Part shown: one piece after another, positions 1 through 9,633 of the stretch
Position numbering within the stretch: position 1 is the stretch's first letter
Layout: the number at the start of each line of letters is the position of its first letter
Origin: a virus
Taxonomy: Duplodnaviria > Heunggongvirae > Uroviricota > Caudoviricetes
Strand: one strand, 5' to 3'
Length of the DNA stretch: 18,965 nucleotides
Virus record (IMG/VR): IMGVR_UViG_2537561689_000013
Program-made: the position numbers and the translations under genes
Notes under the pieces: generated by a model
What the model saw: only the letters and a program-made list of their open reading frames with translations
Told to the model about the DNA's origin: nothing
Database searches by the model: none

Positions 1-870
<870 letters not shown>

Positions 871-928
871 TTGCTACTCTGTGAGAGGTAGTACCTTCTA
901 TCCAGTGCGGATTTAATTAATGGAATAA

Positions 929-2932
929 ATGATTATGAGTGAAAATGATACAACCCCAAAGAAGTCTACAAGCCAGGTTAACAAAGCGGTATTCTTTACA
1001 TCTGCTTTGCTAATTTTCCTTCTTGTCGCCTTTGCCGCCGTATTCCCGGATGTCGCCGACAAAAATTTTAAACTACTTCAGCAACAAATCTTCACGAATG
1101 CCAGCTGGTTCTACATACTTGCTGTGGCCCTGATTTTACTGAGCGTCACGTTCCTTGGACTCTCACGTTACGGTGATATAAAGCTGGGCCCAGACCATGC
1201 GCAGCCTGATTTCAGCTACCACTCCTGGTTCGCGATGCTTTTTTCGGCAGGGATGGGGATCGGCCTGATGTTCTTTGGCGTTGCCGAACCTGTGATGCAT
1301 TATCTTTCGCCACCTGTCGGCACTCCAGAGACCGTTGCGGCAGCGAAGGAAGCCATGCGCCTGACGTTCTTCCACTGGGGTCTGCACGCATGGGCAATTT
1401 ATGCCATCGTGGCGCTGATTCTGGCCTTTTTCAGTTACCGTCACGGTCTGCCTTTAACGCTGCGTTCTGCGCTCTATCCCATTATCGGCGATCGCATTTA
1501 CGGGCCTATAGGCCACGCGGTTGATATCTTCGCCGTGATAGGCACTGTCTTTGGCGTTGCAACATCGCTGGGTTACGGTGTATTGCAGGTGAATGCCGGT
1601 TTGAACCATCTTTTCGGCGTGCCCATCAATGAAACGGTACAGGTCATTTTGATCGTGGTCATCACGGGGTTAGCGACGATTTCGGTGGTGTCCGGCCTGG
1701 ACAAGGGAATACGCATCCTGTCTGAGCTTAATCTGGGCCTGGCGGTGTTGCTCCTGGCGCTGGTCTTGTGCCTGGGTCCCACTGTGCTTCTGCTGAAGTC
1801 ATTTGTGGAAAATACGGGTGGTTATCTGTCGGAACTGGTGAGTAAAACGTTCAACCTTTACGCGTATGAACCCAAGTCGAGCAACTGGCTGGGGGGCTGG
1901 ACATTATTATACTGGGGATGGTGGCTTTCATGGTCGCCGTTTGTAGGTATGTTCATTGCACGCGTTTCCCGCGGCAGGACAATTCGTGAGTTCGTGACTG
2001 GCGTGTTGTTTGTTCCCGCCGGCTTTACGCTCATGTGGATGACGGTGTTTGGAAACAGCGCCATCTATCTCATCATGAACCAGGGCGCCACTGACCTCGC
2101 CAATACCGTTCAGCAGGATGTTGCGCTTGCCCTGTTTAATTTCCTGGAGCATTTCCCGTTCTCTTCCGTGCTGTCATTCATTGCAATGGCGATGGTCATC
2201 GTCTTCTTTGTAACGTCTGCTGATTCGGGGGCAATGGTTGTGGATACTCTGGCATCAGGTGGGGTGGCAAACACGCCCGTCTGGCAGCGAATTTTCTGGG
2301 CATTGCTCATGGGCGTTGTTGCTATTGCCCTGCTGATCGCAGGGGGGCTGAGTGCGTTGCAAACCGTAACGATAGCGAGTGCATTGCCCTTCTCAGTTAT
2401 CTTATTAATATCCATATACGGACTGTTAAAAGCCCTGCGTCGGGATTTGACCAAGCGTGAAAGCCTTAGCATGGCGACTATTGCTCCTACGGCTGCACGT
2501 AACCCAATTCCCTGGCAGAGAAGGTTACGCAATATCGCGTATTTGCCGAAGCGCTCTCTTGTGAAACGTTTTATGGACGACATTATCCAACCCGCCATGA
2601 CGCTGGTTCAGGAGGAACTTAACAAGCAGGGAACGATAAGCCACATCAGTGACGCCGCCGAGGATCGTATTCGCCTTGAAGTCGATTTGGGCAACGAGCT
2701 GAATTATATATATGAAGTGAGGCTTCGCGGGTATAACTCACCGACCTTCGCGCTCGCTGCGCTGGATAATGATGAGCAGCAGAGTGAACAACATCGATAT
2801 TATCGCGCTGAAGTCTATCTCAAAGAGGGCGGCCAAAATTATGATGTAATGGGCTGGAATCAGGAACAGCTGATTAATGACATACTGGACCAGTACGAAA
2901 AACACCTGCACTTCCTGCATCTGGTTCGTTAA
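929..2932 (+). CDS. BCCT-family transporter, BetT-like (choline/glycine betaine/carnitine type) with long C-terminal cytoplasmic extension
   Basis: 667-aa ORF with about 12 predicted TM segments and the BCCT signature region GWTLLYWGWWLSWSPFVGMFIARVSRGRTIREF. Clearly related to, but not identical to, E. coli BetT as I recall it, so no gene symbol is given. Confidence 0.9.
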   Translation: MIMSENDTTPKKSTSQVNKAVFFTSALLIFLLVAFAAVFPDVADKNFKLLQQQIFTNASWFYILAVALILLSVTFLGLSRYGDIKLGPDHAQPDFSYHSWFAMLFSAGMGIGLMFFGVAEPVMHYLSPPVGTPETVAAAKEAMRLTFFHWGLHAWAIYAIVALILAFFSYRHGLPLTLRSALYPIIGDRIYGPIGHAVDIFAVIGTVFGVATSLGYGVLQVNAGLNHLFGVPINETVQVILIVVITGLATISVVSGLDKGIRILSELNLGLAVLLLALVLCLGPTVLLLKSFVENTGGYLSELVSKTFNLYAYEPKSSNWLGGWTLLYWGWWLSWSPFVGMFIARVSRGRTIREFVTGVLFVPAGFTLMWMTVFGNSAIYLIMNQGATDLANTVQQDVALALFNFLEHFPFSSVLSFIAMAMVIVFFVTSADSGAMVVDTLASGGVANTPVWQRIFWALLMGVVAIALLIAGGLSALQTVTIASALPFSVILLISIYGLLKALRRDLTKRESLSMATIAPTAARNPIPWQRRLRNIAYLPKRSLVKRFMDDIIQPAMTLVQEELNKQGTISHISDAAEDRIRLEVDLGNELNYIYEVRLRGYNSPTFALAALDNDEQQSEQHRYYRAEVYLKEGGQNYDVMGWNQEQLINDILDQYEKHLHFLHLVR

Positions 2933-2939
2933 CAGCAAC

Positions 2940-2968
2940 ATGCCGCCACAGAGGCGGCATTTATTTAT
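2940..2968 (+). terminator. Rho-independent terminator downstream of the BCCT gene
   Basis: Hairpin ATGCCGCC-acaga-GGCGGCAT followed by TTATTTAT, starting 8 nt after the stop codon. Confidence 0.6.
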
Positions 2969-2995
2969 CCCGGCTGCAATATGAGGGAATGCAGA

Positions 2996-4273
2996 ATGAT
3001 TTCACGCTGGAAATGGATGCTGAAGCAGACATTTAAAAAACTATGGTTCAGGGCAACGTTATTCGCAATTGTCGCAATAATAACGGCCCTTTTATCAATT
3101 CTTTTTAAATCAATGATACCTGAGTCGGTTTCCGTGAAGGTTGGTGCGGAAGCAGTCGATAACATTCTGAACATACTGGCATCGAGTATGCTGGCAGTGA
3201 CCACATTTTCGCTGAGCATCATGGTCACAGCCTACGGTTCAGCCACTACTAATGTGACTCCCAGAGCTACTCGTTTAGTTGTTGAAGACGTCACCACACA
3301 AAATGTACTGGCCACCTTCATCGGTTCTTTTCTCTTCAGTCTGGTAGGGATTATTGCCCTCAATATGGGAGCTTATGGAGAAAGGGGGAGAGTCATTTTA
3401 TTCATTGTAACACTGGTTGTCATTGCCTTAATCCTCATCACATTGCTTCGCTGGATACAGCATTTGACCTCTCTGGGGAGGGTTGGTGAGACAACGGCAA
3501 AAGTAGAACAGGCGGCCATCGAAACATTTATTGCGAGAGCAAGAAATCCCTGTCTCGGCGGATATCCATGGCTTGAGAACAATGAACAGCCGAAAGGAAC
3601 GGTTGCAGTTTATCCGAAAAAGATTGGCTATGTTGAATATGTTGATATGGTGAAACTCAGCAAGCTGCTGACCAATGATCCCCGTCATGTATACCTCGTG
3701 GCGCAGCCGGGCAGTTTCATACATCCGTCCACGCCAGTTTTGTACCTGAGTCAGGGCCAGGAGTCATCAATCAGCACCGATTTACTTGAGACGATTATTG
3801 TCTCGGATGTACGTTCATTTGCTCAGGACCCCCGATTTTGTCTTAGCGTCATGGCCGAAATAGCCTGCCGAGCCCTTTCCCCCGCAGTGAACGATCCTGG
3901 AACCGCCATTGATGTCATTGGCAGAGGTGTACGTATACTTTCCGCTTACGCGCAGAATAAATCTGATGAAATAGAAGTGAAATATCCTTCTGTACATGTT
4001 GCACCACTTCAGAATAACGATCTACTTGAAGACTTTTTCTCACCTGTTGCGCGCGATGGTGCCAGTATGAGGGAAATTCAGATAAGGGTCCTTAAAGGAC
4101 TGTCGATGCTGAGTAAGGGTTGGCCTGGAATTTTTGCTGAAGCCGCACAAACCCTAGCATTTGAAACATTAGAGCATGCTACTCGTGCTGACCATATAGA
4201 TTCTGACAGATATCTAATAAAATCAATTTATTATAATTTATTTAGTGGCGAAGATTCTAATAAAAAACCATAG
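2996..4273 (+). CDS. DUF2254-like membrane protein (4 N-terminal TM helices plus soluble C-terminal domain)
   Basis: ORF 2981..4273. The preferred start is ATG 2996, because GAGGGA at 2983-2988 is a good SD for it. Hydrophobic N-terminal third; the SPAVNDPGTAID motif resembles the conserved motif I recall for DUF2254 proteins. Family assignment is tentative. Confidence 0.7.
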   Translation: MISRWKWMLKQTFKKLWFRATLFAIVAIITALLSILFKSMIPESVSVKVGAEAVDNILNILASSMLAVTTFSLSIMVTAYGSATTNVTPRATRLVVEDVTTQNVLATFIGSFLFSLVGIIALNMGAYGERGRVILFIVTLVVIALILITLLRWIQHLTSLGRVGETTAKVEQAAIETFIARARNPCLGGYPWLENNEQPKGTVAVYPKKIGYVEYVDMVKLSKLLTNDPRHVYLVAQPGSFIHPSTPVLYLSQGQESSISTDLLETIIVSDVRSFAQDPRFCLSVMAEIACRALSPAVNDPGTAIDVIGRGVRILSAYAQNKSDEIEVKYPSVHVAPLQNNDLLEDFFSPVARDGASMREIQIRVLKGLSMLSKGWPGIFAEAAQTLAFETLEHATRADHIDSDRYLIKSIYYNLFSGEDSNKKP

Positions 4274-4512
4274 TTGCGGAGCAAGCGATACGGTTGTTGG
4301 CAAGTCAAGGGCAAAGCATTCGCGTGAGAGTGGGCGTCTGCTTTGTGCCAGAAGCGGACATTGCGGCGTTACGGCACGTTAGGTCAGATATTTAAATGCA
4401 CATGGTCCGCTTGTGGCGGAAGGATACTTACAAGAGTTGGTGAGAGATAGTAAAATCAATATGAAAATTAAAATTCGGCAATAATTCCTGATATAGTCAT
4501 CTTAATGAACAT

Positions 4513-4539
4513 AAAAACTATCACAATAGGATAGTTTTT
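4513..4539. terminator. Perfect 10-bp inverted repeat (AAAAACTATC-acaatag-GATAGTTTTT) between convergent genes; possible bidirectional terminator
   Basis: Palindrome seen directly; sits 17 bp downstream of the minus-strand 231-aa gene. The stem is AT-rich, so terminator strength is uncertain. Confidence 0.4.
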
Positions 4540-4555
4540 ATGTCATACTTGTTAG

Positions 4556-5251
4556 TTAATCACTTAAGGAATGAAGTGAGGCTCGTTGTGCAGAGGTTAA
4601 GCTAAGGAGGATTTTTTCTCGATACTCAGGTGCAAAGGAAAAGAAAACATCAGGAAAAATTCTTATGATAGTTGATATCATAGTCTTAACCACCTTATCA
4701 ATCACCTTCGAAATATTATCTATTTTAACCAAGTCTATTTCGGGAAAAACATTTAAAGCTTTTATGTGAGCCATTTCTTTTACAGTAGCTGTATGTACGT
4801 GACTGCATAACGAAGAGTATTCAGCTTTTAAAGTTTCATGTAGTAGAGGATTTTTTTTGAAGACAGGATGTTCCCCAGTTTGTTCAATTACCTTAAACAA
4901 TGATTTTTCTTCAAGTATTGAAGGATCTAGTAAGCAACCGATTGATTTTAAAGAATTTTCAATATAACTTCGCATCATTAGATTTGCTGGTTTGTATGCA
5001 CCATTTATAACCATAAACATAGCTGTACCAAGGTCAGATGAAGCTTCTTGCAATCGCTCCAATGAGTTGGCGTCTATTTTCTCCTTGGAGAAATGATACA
5101 AACAGTAAACAAGGCACATAAAAGAATAATATCTCTTATGTATCATGCTTATTTTCCCTCTTGAGTTAATATTCTCGAAAACATTTTTTAATTTATATTC
5201 AGAGAAATAAGTAACTAACTCAGTGAAATCGCTGTTTACTTCTCTCGACAT
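4556..5251 (-). CDS. Hypothetical protein (231 aa), third gene of the AT-rich operon; no recognisable family
   Basis: Long ORF in a region of about 30% GC; start lies 2 nt after the stop of the upstream gene. No catalytic motif recognised by eye. Confidence 0.65.
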   Translation of the reverse strand: MSREVNSDFTELVTYFSEYKLKNVFENINSRGKISMIHKRYYSFMCLVYCLYHFSKEKIDANSLERLQEASSDLGTAMFMVINGAYKPANLMMRSYIENSLKSIGCLLDPSILEEKSLFKVIEQTGEHPVFKKNPLLHETLKAEYSSLCSHVHTATVKEMAHIKALNVFPEIDLVKIDNISKVIDKVVKTMISTIIRIFPDVFFSFAPEYREKILLSLTSAQRASLHSLSD

Positions 5252-5253
5252 TG

Positions 5254-5760
5254 TTAGTCCTTATTGAATATATCTTTTATAACTTCATTCCAGTCATATA
5301 TCTCATTTTGAGCGCTAGAAAGGTTCTTCCTCTCTTTTATTCTACTCAAAACTAGAGGGTTATTTGACATTGAATTGATAATATTATAAGCCTTACCTAA
5401 ATCGGATGAGTTTTTCTCGTGAACGTCACACACGATTATGCCGATCATTTCCTCTCTAGATCTTTTTTCAGGCCTGCTGATTTCGATACCTAACATGCGT
5501 GCAAAATCATCTATATCTTTATTTTTTTGGAAGAGATCTTTGTCTAATAAAATCCTCGGAAGATACCCAACAAGGAAACCTTTAATATCATTTTTTTTGG
5601 ACTTTGAATTTCTTTCGTTAACTTCTAAATTATCAGTATAACTATCTTGAAGTAATTCAATAAAGTTGATTCTTGATAATTTTTTTGAAATAAAGGAAAA
5701 CTCCTCTAAAAAGTTTAACAGTTGCTTAATTTCTTTTGAGTTATTTTTTTTGTCAGTCAT
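5254..5760 (-). CDS. Hypothetical protein (168 aa), Lys/Asn-rich, second gene of the AT-rich operon; no recognisable family
   Basis: ORF whose ATG overlaps the stop of the upstream ParA-like gene (ATGA overlap at 5757-5760), implying translational coupling. Confidence 0.65.
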   Translation of the reverse strand: MTDKKNNSKEIKQLLNFLEEFSFISKKLSRINFIELLQDSYTDNLEVNERNSKSKKNDIKGFLVGYLPRILLDKDLFQKNKDIDDFARMLGIEISRPEKRSREEMIGIIVCDVHEKNSSDLGKAYNIINSMSNNPLVLSRIKERKNLSSAQNEIYDWNEVIKDIFNKD

Positions 5761-6587
5761 AAGTCACCTACTCTAGAGAGAAGTTCGTCAGTAATTTTAG
5801 ACAGCGAAAACTTCATATCCTCATCCGTTAAATTGTTAATAAATAAGCCTCTTGTTTGATTTCTTGCCAACTCAGTACGTTTGCTCAAATATGATTTAAA
5901 GATCTTATTACGCCAACGTTTTTGATTATTGAAGTAACGAAGACTTTCCTCATATAAATTACTATTACCTTCAACCATATTAAAAACTATGCCCGCACAT
6001 TCAATCTTAAGATCGAAATTTTCTCTCTTCTCATTTATAATGCTATCTAATAGATCGATACCAGTGATCGAAAGAGGATCGGGTTTGGCTGGAATGAGGT
6101 AATAATCAGATGCAATTAATGCGCTGGACATCCAAACTGATGGGGTTGGTGGGGTATCAATTATGACATAATCATAGTCATTTTCATGGATTTTAAGAAA
6201 GCGTCTAAGCTTGTTTTCTATCCCTTCTCCTGGTTTCATTTCAATTTTATATAGCCCAAGGCTTCCGGGAACAATGTGAAAATTATCATTTAATTGAATT
6301 GGTGTTATATCGGCTAATTCTTTAGGTGTGTTAACTAAAGGACCAGTCATTGTAGATAGTCGAATTTTTGAACTATAAAAAATATCACATATGCTATCGC
6401 CTCCGCTTTTCATATGTGCAACATATTTGCTTGTATCCATTACACATTGCGTTGCGTTAAATTGTGGGTCGATATCTATTAATAATATTTTTTGCCCAAG
6501 TTTATCTGAAAGATGATTAGCAATATTGGTAGCCAATGTTGACTTACCAACGCCACCTTTCATATTGATTAAGCTAATAACTTTCAA
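5757..6587 (-). CDS. ParA/MinD-superfamily P-loop ATPase (deviant Walker A), first gene of the AT-rich operon
   Basis: N-terminal MKVISLINMKGGVGKSTLATNIA (KGGxGKST deviant Walker A), DIDPQ motif, Walker B-like YVIIDTPP. No N-terminal HTH extension, so it resembles small type Ib ParA/MinD-like ATPases. Confidence 0.8.
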   Translation of the reverse strand: MKVISLINMKGGVGKSTLATNIANHLSDKLGQKILLIDIDPQFNATQCVMDTSKYVAHMKSGGDSICDIFYSSKIRLSTMTGPLVNTPKELADITPIQLNDNFHIVPGSLGLYKIEMKPGEGIENKLRRFLKIHENDYDYVIIDTPPTPSVWMSSALIASDYYLIPAKPDPLSITGIDLLDSIINEKRENFDLKIECAGIVFNMVEGNSNLYEESLRYFNNQKRWRNKIFKSYLSKRTELARNQTRGLFINNLTDEDMKFSLSKITDELLSRVGDL

Positions 6588-6827
6588 TCTTCTTGCTCCT
6601 GTTTTGATTAACGCTAAGCTTTTTCATCAGCATTGAAATTTAACATGTGTTTTACAAACTTATGTCTTATCACTACCTTATCATTTTTTACATACACCAT
6701 AAATATTTTTAACTAAAAATTTTTGGTTTTCAACCTGAAATCTTTATCTTTAAAAACAAAACATTACAATATTTTTAGTAAGATACCTTACCTAATGTAA
6801 TGTGAATGGCTCAATTTTGATTAACAC
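6588..6827 (-). promoter_or_regulatory. Very AT-rich leader, presumed promoter region of the ParA-like operon
   Basis: About 240 bp of >75% AT immediately upstream of the operon start. No specific -35/-10 assignment made. Confidence 0.3.
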
Positions 6828-7094
6828 TTAAGCTATGTTAATAATGGTTTTGTAAGTGTGATGAGGGTTCCATATGAAGAAGTGATTTCCCGAACAATAC
6901 AACATGAATATCATCCTCGTAGTCGGTGTTTCTTCACATGAACTCTGTCGCAAATACGCTATATGAAACGTGGCAAGATGAATGTACCTGAGGTTATCAA
7001 TCTTAAACCGCTTGAGAGTACGCCCTGATCCTGCCCGTTGATAAACTAACTGCATTGTTTGTAATGCTTCATCGGTGGTGAGAACAAGTTTCAT
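6828..7094 (-). CDS. Hypothetical 88-aa ORF, possibly a remnant of a disrupted gene at the island/prophage junction
   Basis: ORF track only. The N-terminal half looks protein-like, but the C-terminal part runs into AT-rich sequence; no family recognised. Confidence 0.25.
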   Translation of the reverse strand: MKLVLTTDEALQTMQLVYQRAGSGRTLKRFKIDNLRYIHLATFHIAYLRQSSCEETPTTRMIFMLYCSGNHFFIWNPHHTYKTIINIA

Positions 7095-7299
7095 ACTTCC
7101 GCTTCTCGCTCAAAGCGGACTAGAAGGTTAGCTTGCGTCGGACTTGGCGTATTTAAAGAAGTACTGGTGGTGACTGGTTGTTGTGTTCCATTTCTACAGA
7201 ACAAAATCACAGAAACTATACCCAATAGTTGTATCTCATCAATGATGAGACAGCCTCATATTTATCAGGACTGGTGTACGTCCAATACAGGAGGTTGTC

Positions 7300-7389
7300 G
7301 TGCTGGTTCTCAAATGTGCGCTGGCTATTGCAGCTGTAATGGCAATTTATTGTCTTGCTGTTGTTCTTATGGATCGCCTTTCTGATTGA
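7300..7389 (+). CDS. Small hydrophobic peptide (29 aa, VLVLKCALAIAAVMAIYCLAVVLMDRLSD), candidate small membrane protein or type I toxin-like peptide
   Basis: GTG start preceded by a consensus AGGAGG SD with 5-nt spacing; single predicted TM helix. Too short to appear in the ORF track. Confidence 0.3.
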   Translation: MLVLKCALAIAAVMAIYCLAVVLMDRLSD

Positions 7390-7600
7390 TTTTATATTGG
7401 CGAGGTAACGGGAGTTAAGTAGAATGGCTGCGGGTGCTTGAGGCTATCTGTCTCAGGCATGAACACCAAAGGCAGATAGAGAAAAGCCCCAGTTAACATT
7501 ACGCGTCCTGCAAGACGCTTAACATTAATCTGAGGCTCAATCTATGAACGGCAAATCTAGGTTAGCCTCTTACGTGCCGAAAGGCAAGGAGAAGCAGGCT

Positions 7601-7756
7601 ATGAAGCAGCAAAAGGCGATGTTAATCGCCCTGATCGTCATCTGTTTAACCGTCATAGTGACGGCACTGGTAACGAGGAAAGACCTCTGCGAGGTACGAA
7701 TCCGAACCGGCCAGACGGAGGTCGCTGTCTTCACAGCTTACGAACCTGAGGAGTAA
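7601..7756 (+). CDS. hokD: Hok/Gef-family type I toxin (HokD/RelF-like)
   Basis: MKQQKAMLIALIVICLTVIVTALVTRKDLCEVRIRTGQTEVAVFTAYEPEE matches the Hok family and, from memory, is closest to HokD. The ORF-track ORF 7544..7756 is the same frame with an upstream extension. Confidence 0.8.
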   Translation: MKQQKAMLIALIVICLTVIVTALVTRKDLCEVRIRTGQTEVAVFTAYEPEE

Positions 7757-7823
7757 GAGACCAGGCGGGGGAGAATCCCTCGCCACCTCTGATGTGTCAG
7801 GCATCCTCAACGCACCCGCACTT

Positions 7824-7850
7824 AACCCGCTTCGGCGGGTTTTGTTTTTT
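7824..7850 (+). terminator. Rho-independent terminator at the 3' end of the hok transcript
   Basis: AACCCGC-ttcg-GCGGGTT followed by TTGTTTTTT. Confidence 0.6.
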
Positions 7851-7922
7851 CCTAGCATTCTGGTTTACAATTCGCACGCCAGCCTGAACAACTGGCACCT
7901 GCTGCGCCAGCAGAGACAACCG

Positions 7923-8201
7923 ATGGCGCACGATACCAAATTACACAATTCTGATGATTCTGCCGTCTTTGCCAGCAGGCACGGGCGGCGTTCCCGCACT
8001 TTCAAATCTGACTGGTTCCAGCATCCCCCATGCACTGAAGAACAGGCCGAGTGGCTAATTCAGTGCTACCGCAGACACGGATACGAGATTAAGAAAGCCC
8101 TCAGCCTCGATTATCGTCACTGGATAATCTCCGTCAGGCTTCCTTACTCCGAACGCCCACCGCGTCCGTCCCGCACATTCCAGCAACGCATCTGGAGGTA
8201 A
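7923..8201 (+). CDS. Hypothetical prophage protein (92 aa), positional equivalent of rem in Qin-type prophages
   Basis: Internal ATG of ORF 7794..8201, chosen because the upstream part overlaps the hok terminator. Its stop is followed 1 nt later by the next gene's start. Product assignment is by position only. Confidence 0.45.
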   Translation: MAHDTKLHNSDDSAVFASRHGRRSRTFKSDWFQHPPCTEEQAEWLIQCYRRHGYEIKKALSLDYRHWIISVRLPYSERPPRPSRTFQQRIWR

Positions 8202-8202
8202 C

Positions 8203-9249
8203 GTGCGGGTATTACTTCGACCTGTTCTGGTACCGGAACTCGGGCTGGTGATCGTTAAGCCGGGCCGGGAATCCATGCCGGTATTCCACAATACCCGGGT
8301 ACTGGTGGAGCCGGAACCGAAAAGCATGCGTAATCTGCCGTCCGGGGTCGTTCCTGCCGTTCGCCAGCCGCTAGTGGAAGACAAAACATTGCTGCCGTTT
8401 TTCAGTAACGCACGGGTGATTCGTGCTGCTGGTGGTGCTGGTGCATTGTCTGACTGGCTGTTGCGCCATATTAAATCCTGCCAGTGGCCTCATGGTGATT
8501 ACCATCACAGCGAAACCGTCATACATCGTTACGGTGCTGGCGCGATGGTGTTGTGCTGGCACTGTGACAACCAGTTGCGTGACCAGTCCTCCGAATCACT
8601 TGAGCAACTTGCTCACCAAAACCTGTCAGCATGGATGATTGATGTCATGCGCCATGCAATGAATGGCACACAGGAGCGGGAATTATCGCTGGCTGAATTA
8701 TCCTGGTGGGCTGTCTGCAATCAGGTGGCGGACGCACTACCGGAGGTAGTATTACGTCGTTCTCTGGGGTTACGTGCGGAAAAAATTCGCTCGGTGTACC
8801 GCGAAAGCGACATCGTACCGGGAGAGCAGACCGCCACCAGCATACTGAAGCAGCGCACAAAAAATCTTGCGCCGCTGCCTCACGCCCACCAGCAAAATCC
8901 ACCACAGGAAAAGACGGTGGTCAGCATTGCTGTTGATCCGGAGTCTCCGGAATCTTTCATGAAGCGACCTAAACGTCGCCGTTGGGTAAATGAGAAATAT
9001 ACGCGCTGGGTAAAGACACAGCCGTGTGCGTGTTGTGATAAGCCAGCCGACGATCCCCATCACCTGATTGGTCATGGTCAGGGCGGAATAGGGACAAAAT
9101 CCCACGATATTTTCACGCTACCGCTGTGTCGGGAGCATCACAACGAGCTTCATGCGGATCCGCTGGCGTTCGAAGAAAAGCATGGTTCCCAGATTGATTT
9201 AATTTTTCGTTTTCTTGATCGCGCCTTTGCAACCGGCGTGCTCGGGTAA
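8203..9249 (+). CDS. Lambdoid nin-region protein, YdfU/DUF968-like, with C-terminal Cys/His-rich HNH-like motif
   Basis: GTG start with GGAGG SD 4 nt upstream. C-terminus carries CACCDK...PHHLIGHGQGG...CREHHNELH. Length (348 aa) and position before rusA/Q fit the YdfU/DUF968 proteins as I recall them. Confidence 0.7.
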   Translation: MRVLLRPVLVPELGLVIVKPGRESMPVFHNTRVLVEPEPKSMRNLPSGVVPAVRQPLVEDKTLLPFFSNARVIRAAGGAGALSDWLLRHIKSCQWPHGDYHHSETVIHRYGAGAMVLCWHCDNQLRDQSSESLEQLAHQNLSAWMIDVMRHAMNGTQERELSLAELSWWAVCNQVADALPEVVLRRSLGLRAEKIRSVYRESDIVPGEQTATSILKQRTKNLAPLPHAHQQNPPQEKTVVSIAVDPESPESFMKRPKRRRWVNEKYTRWVKTQPCACCDKPADDPHHLIGHGQGGIGTKSHDIFTLPLCREHHNELHADPLAFEEKHGSQIDLIFRFLDRAFATGVLG

Positions 9250-9261
9250 AAGAGGTTACTG

Positions 9262-9633
9262 ATGCGTATAGAGTTTGTTTTGCCTTACCCGCCGACGGTG
9301 AACACCTACTGGCGTCGTCGTGGCAGCACATATTTTGTATCAAAAGCCGGTGAGCGTTATCGCCGGGATGTGGCACTTATTGTCCGCCAGCAGCGGCTGA
9401 AATTAAACCTGTCCGGAAGGCTGGCAATAAAAATTACTGCAGAGCCGCCGGATAAGCGCCGTCGGGACCTGGACAATATCCTGAAAGCACCGCTGGATGC
9501 ACTGACGCATGCGGGGCTTCTCATAGACGACGAGCAGTTTGATGAAATCAATATTGTGCGCGGTAAGCTCGTTCCTGGTGGTCGGCTGGGCGTGAAGATT
9601 TGCGAAATTAGAGGTGATAGTAATGGGGCGTGA
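9262..9633 (+). CDS. rusA: Crossover junction endodeoxyribonuclease RusA (Holliday junction resolvase)
   Basis: 123-aa protein with LPYPPTVNTYWRRRG and RRRDLDNILKAPLDAL motifs typical of RusA; AGAGG SD upstream. Confidence 0.85.
   Translation: MRIEFVLPYPPTVNTYWRRRGSTYFVSKAGERYRRDVALIVRQQRLKLNLSGRLAIKITAEPPDKRRRDLDNILKAPLDALTHAGLLIDDEQFDEINIVRGKLVPGGRLGVKICEIRGDSNGA

Noticed and set aside
1163-2598. Minus-strand ORFs (61-162 aa) antisense to the BCCT transporter gene
   Set aside because: Embedded in a well-supported 667-aa transporter gene; Arg/Ser/Pro-rich translations typical of antisense frames of GC-richer membrane-protein genes.
3373-3997. Minus-strand ORFs antisense to the DUF2254-like gene
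   Set aside because: No start signals; fully contained within the better-supported plus-strand ORF.
5438-5641. Plus-strand 67-aa ORF inside the AT-rich operon
   Set aside because: Antisense to the 168-aa gene in a low-complexity AT-rich stretch; open frames arise by chance in such sequence.
4440-6830. Considered whether the AT-rich block might hold a CRISPR array or tandem repeats
   Set aside because: No regularly spaced direct repeats were seen; the region is occupied by three contiguous ORFs.
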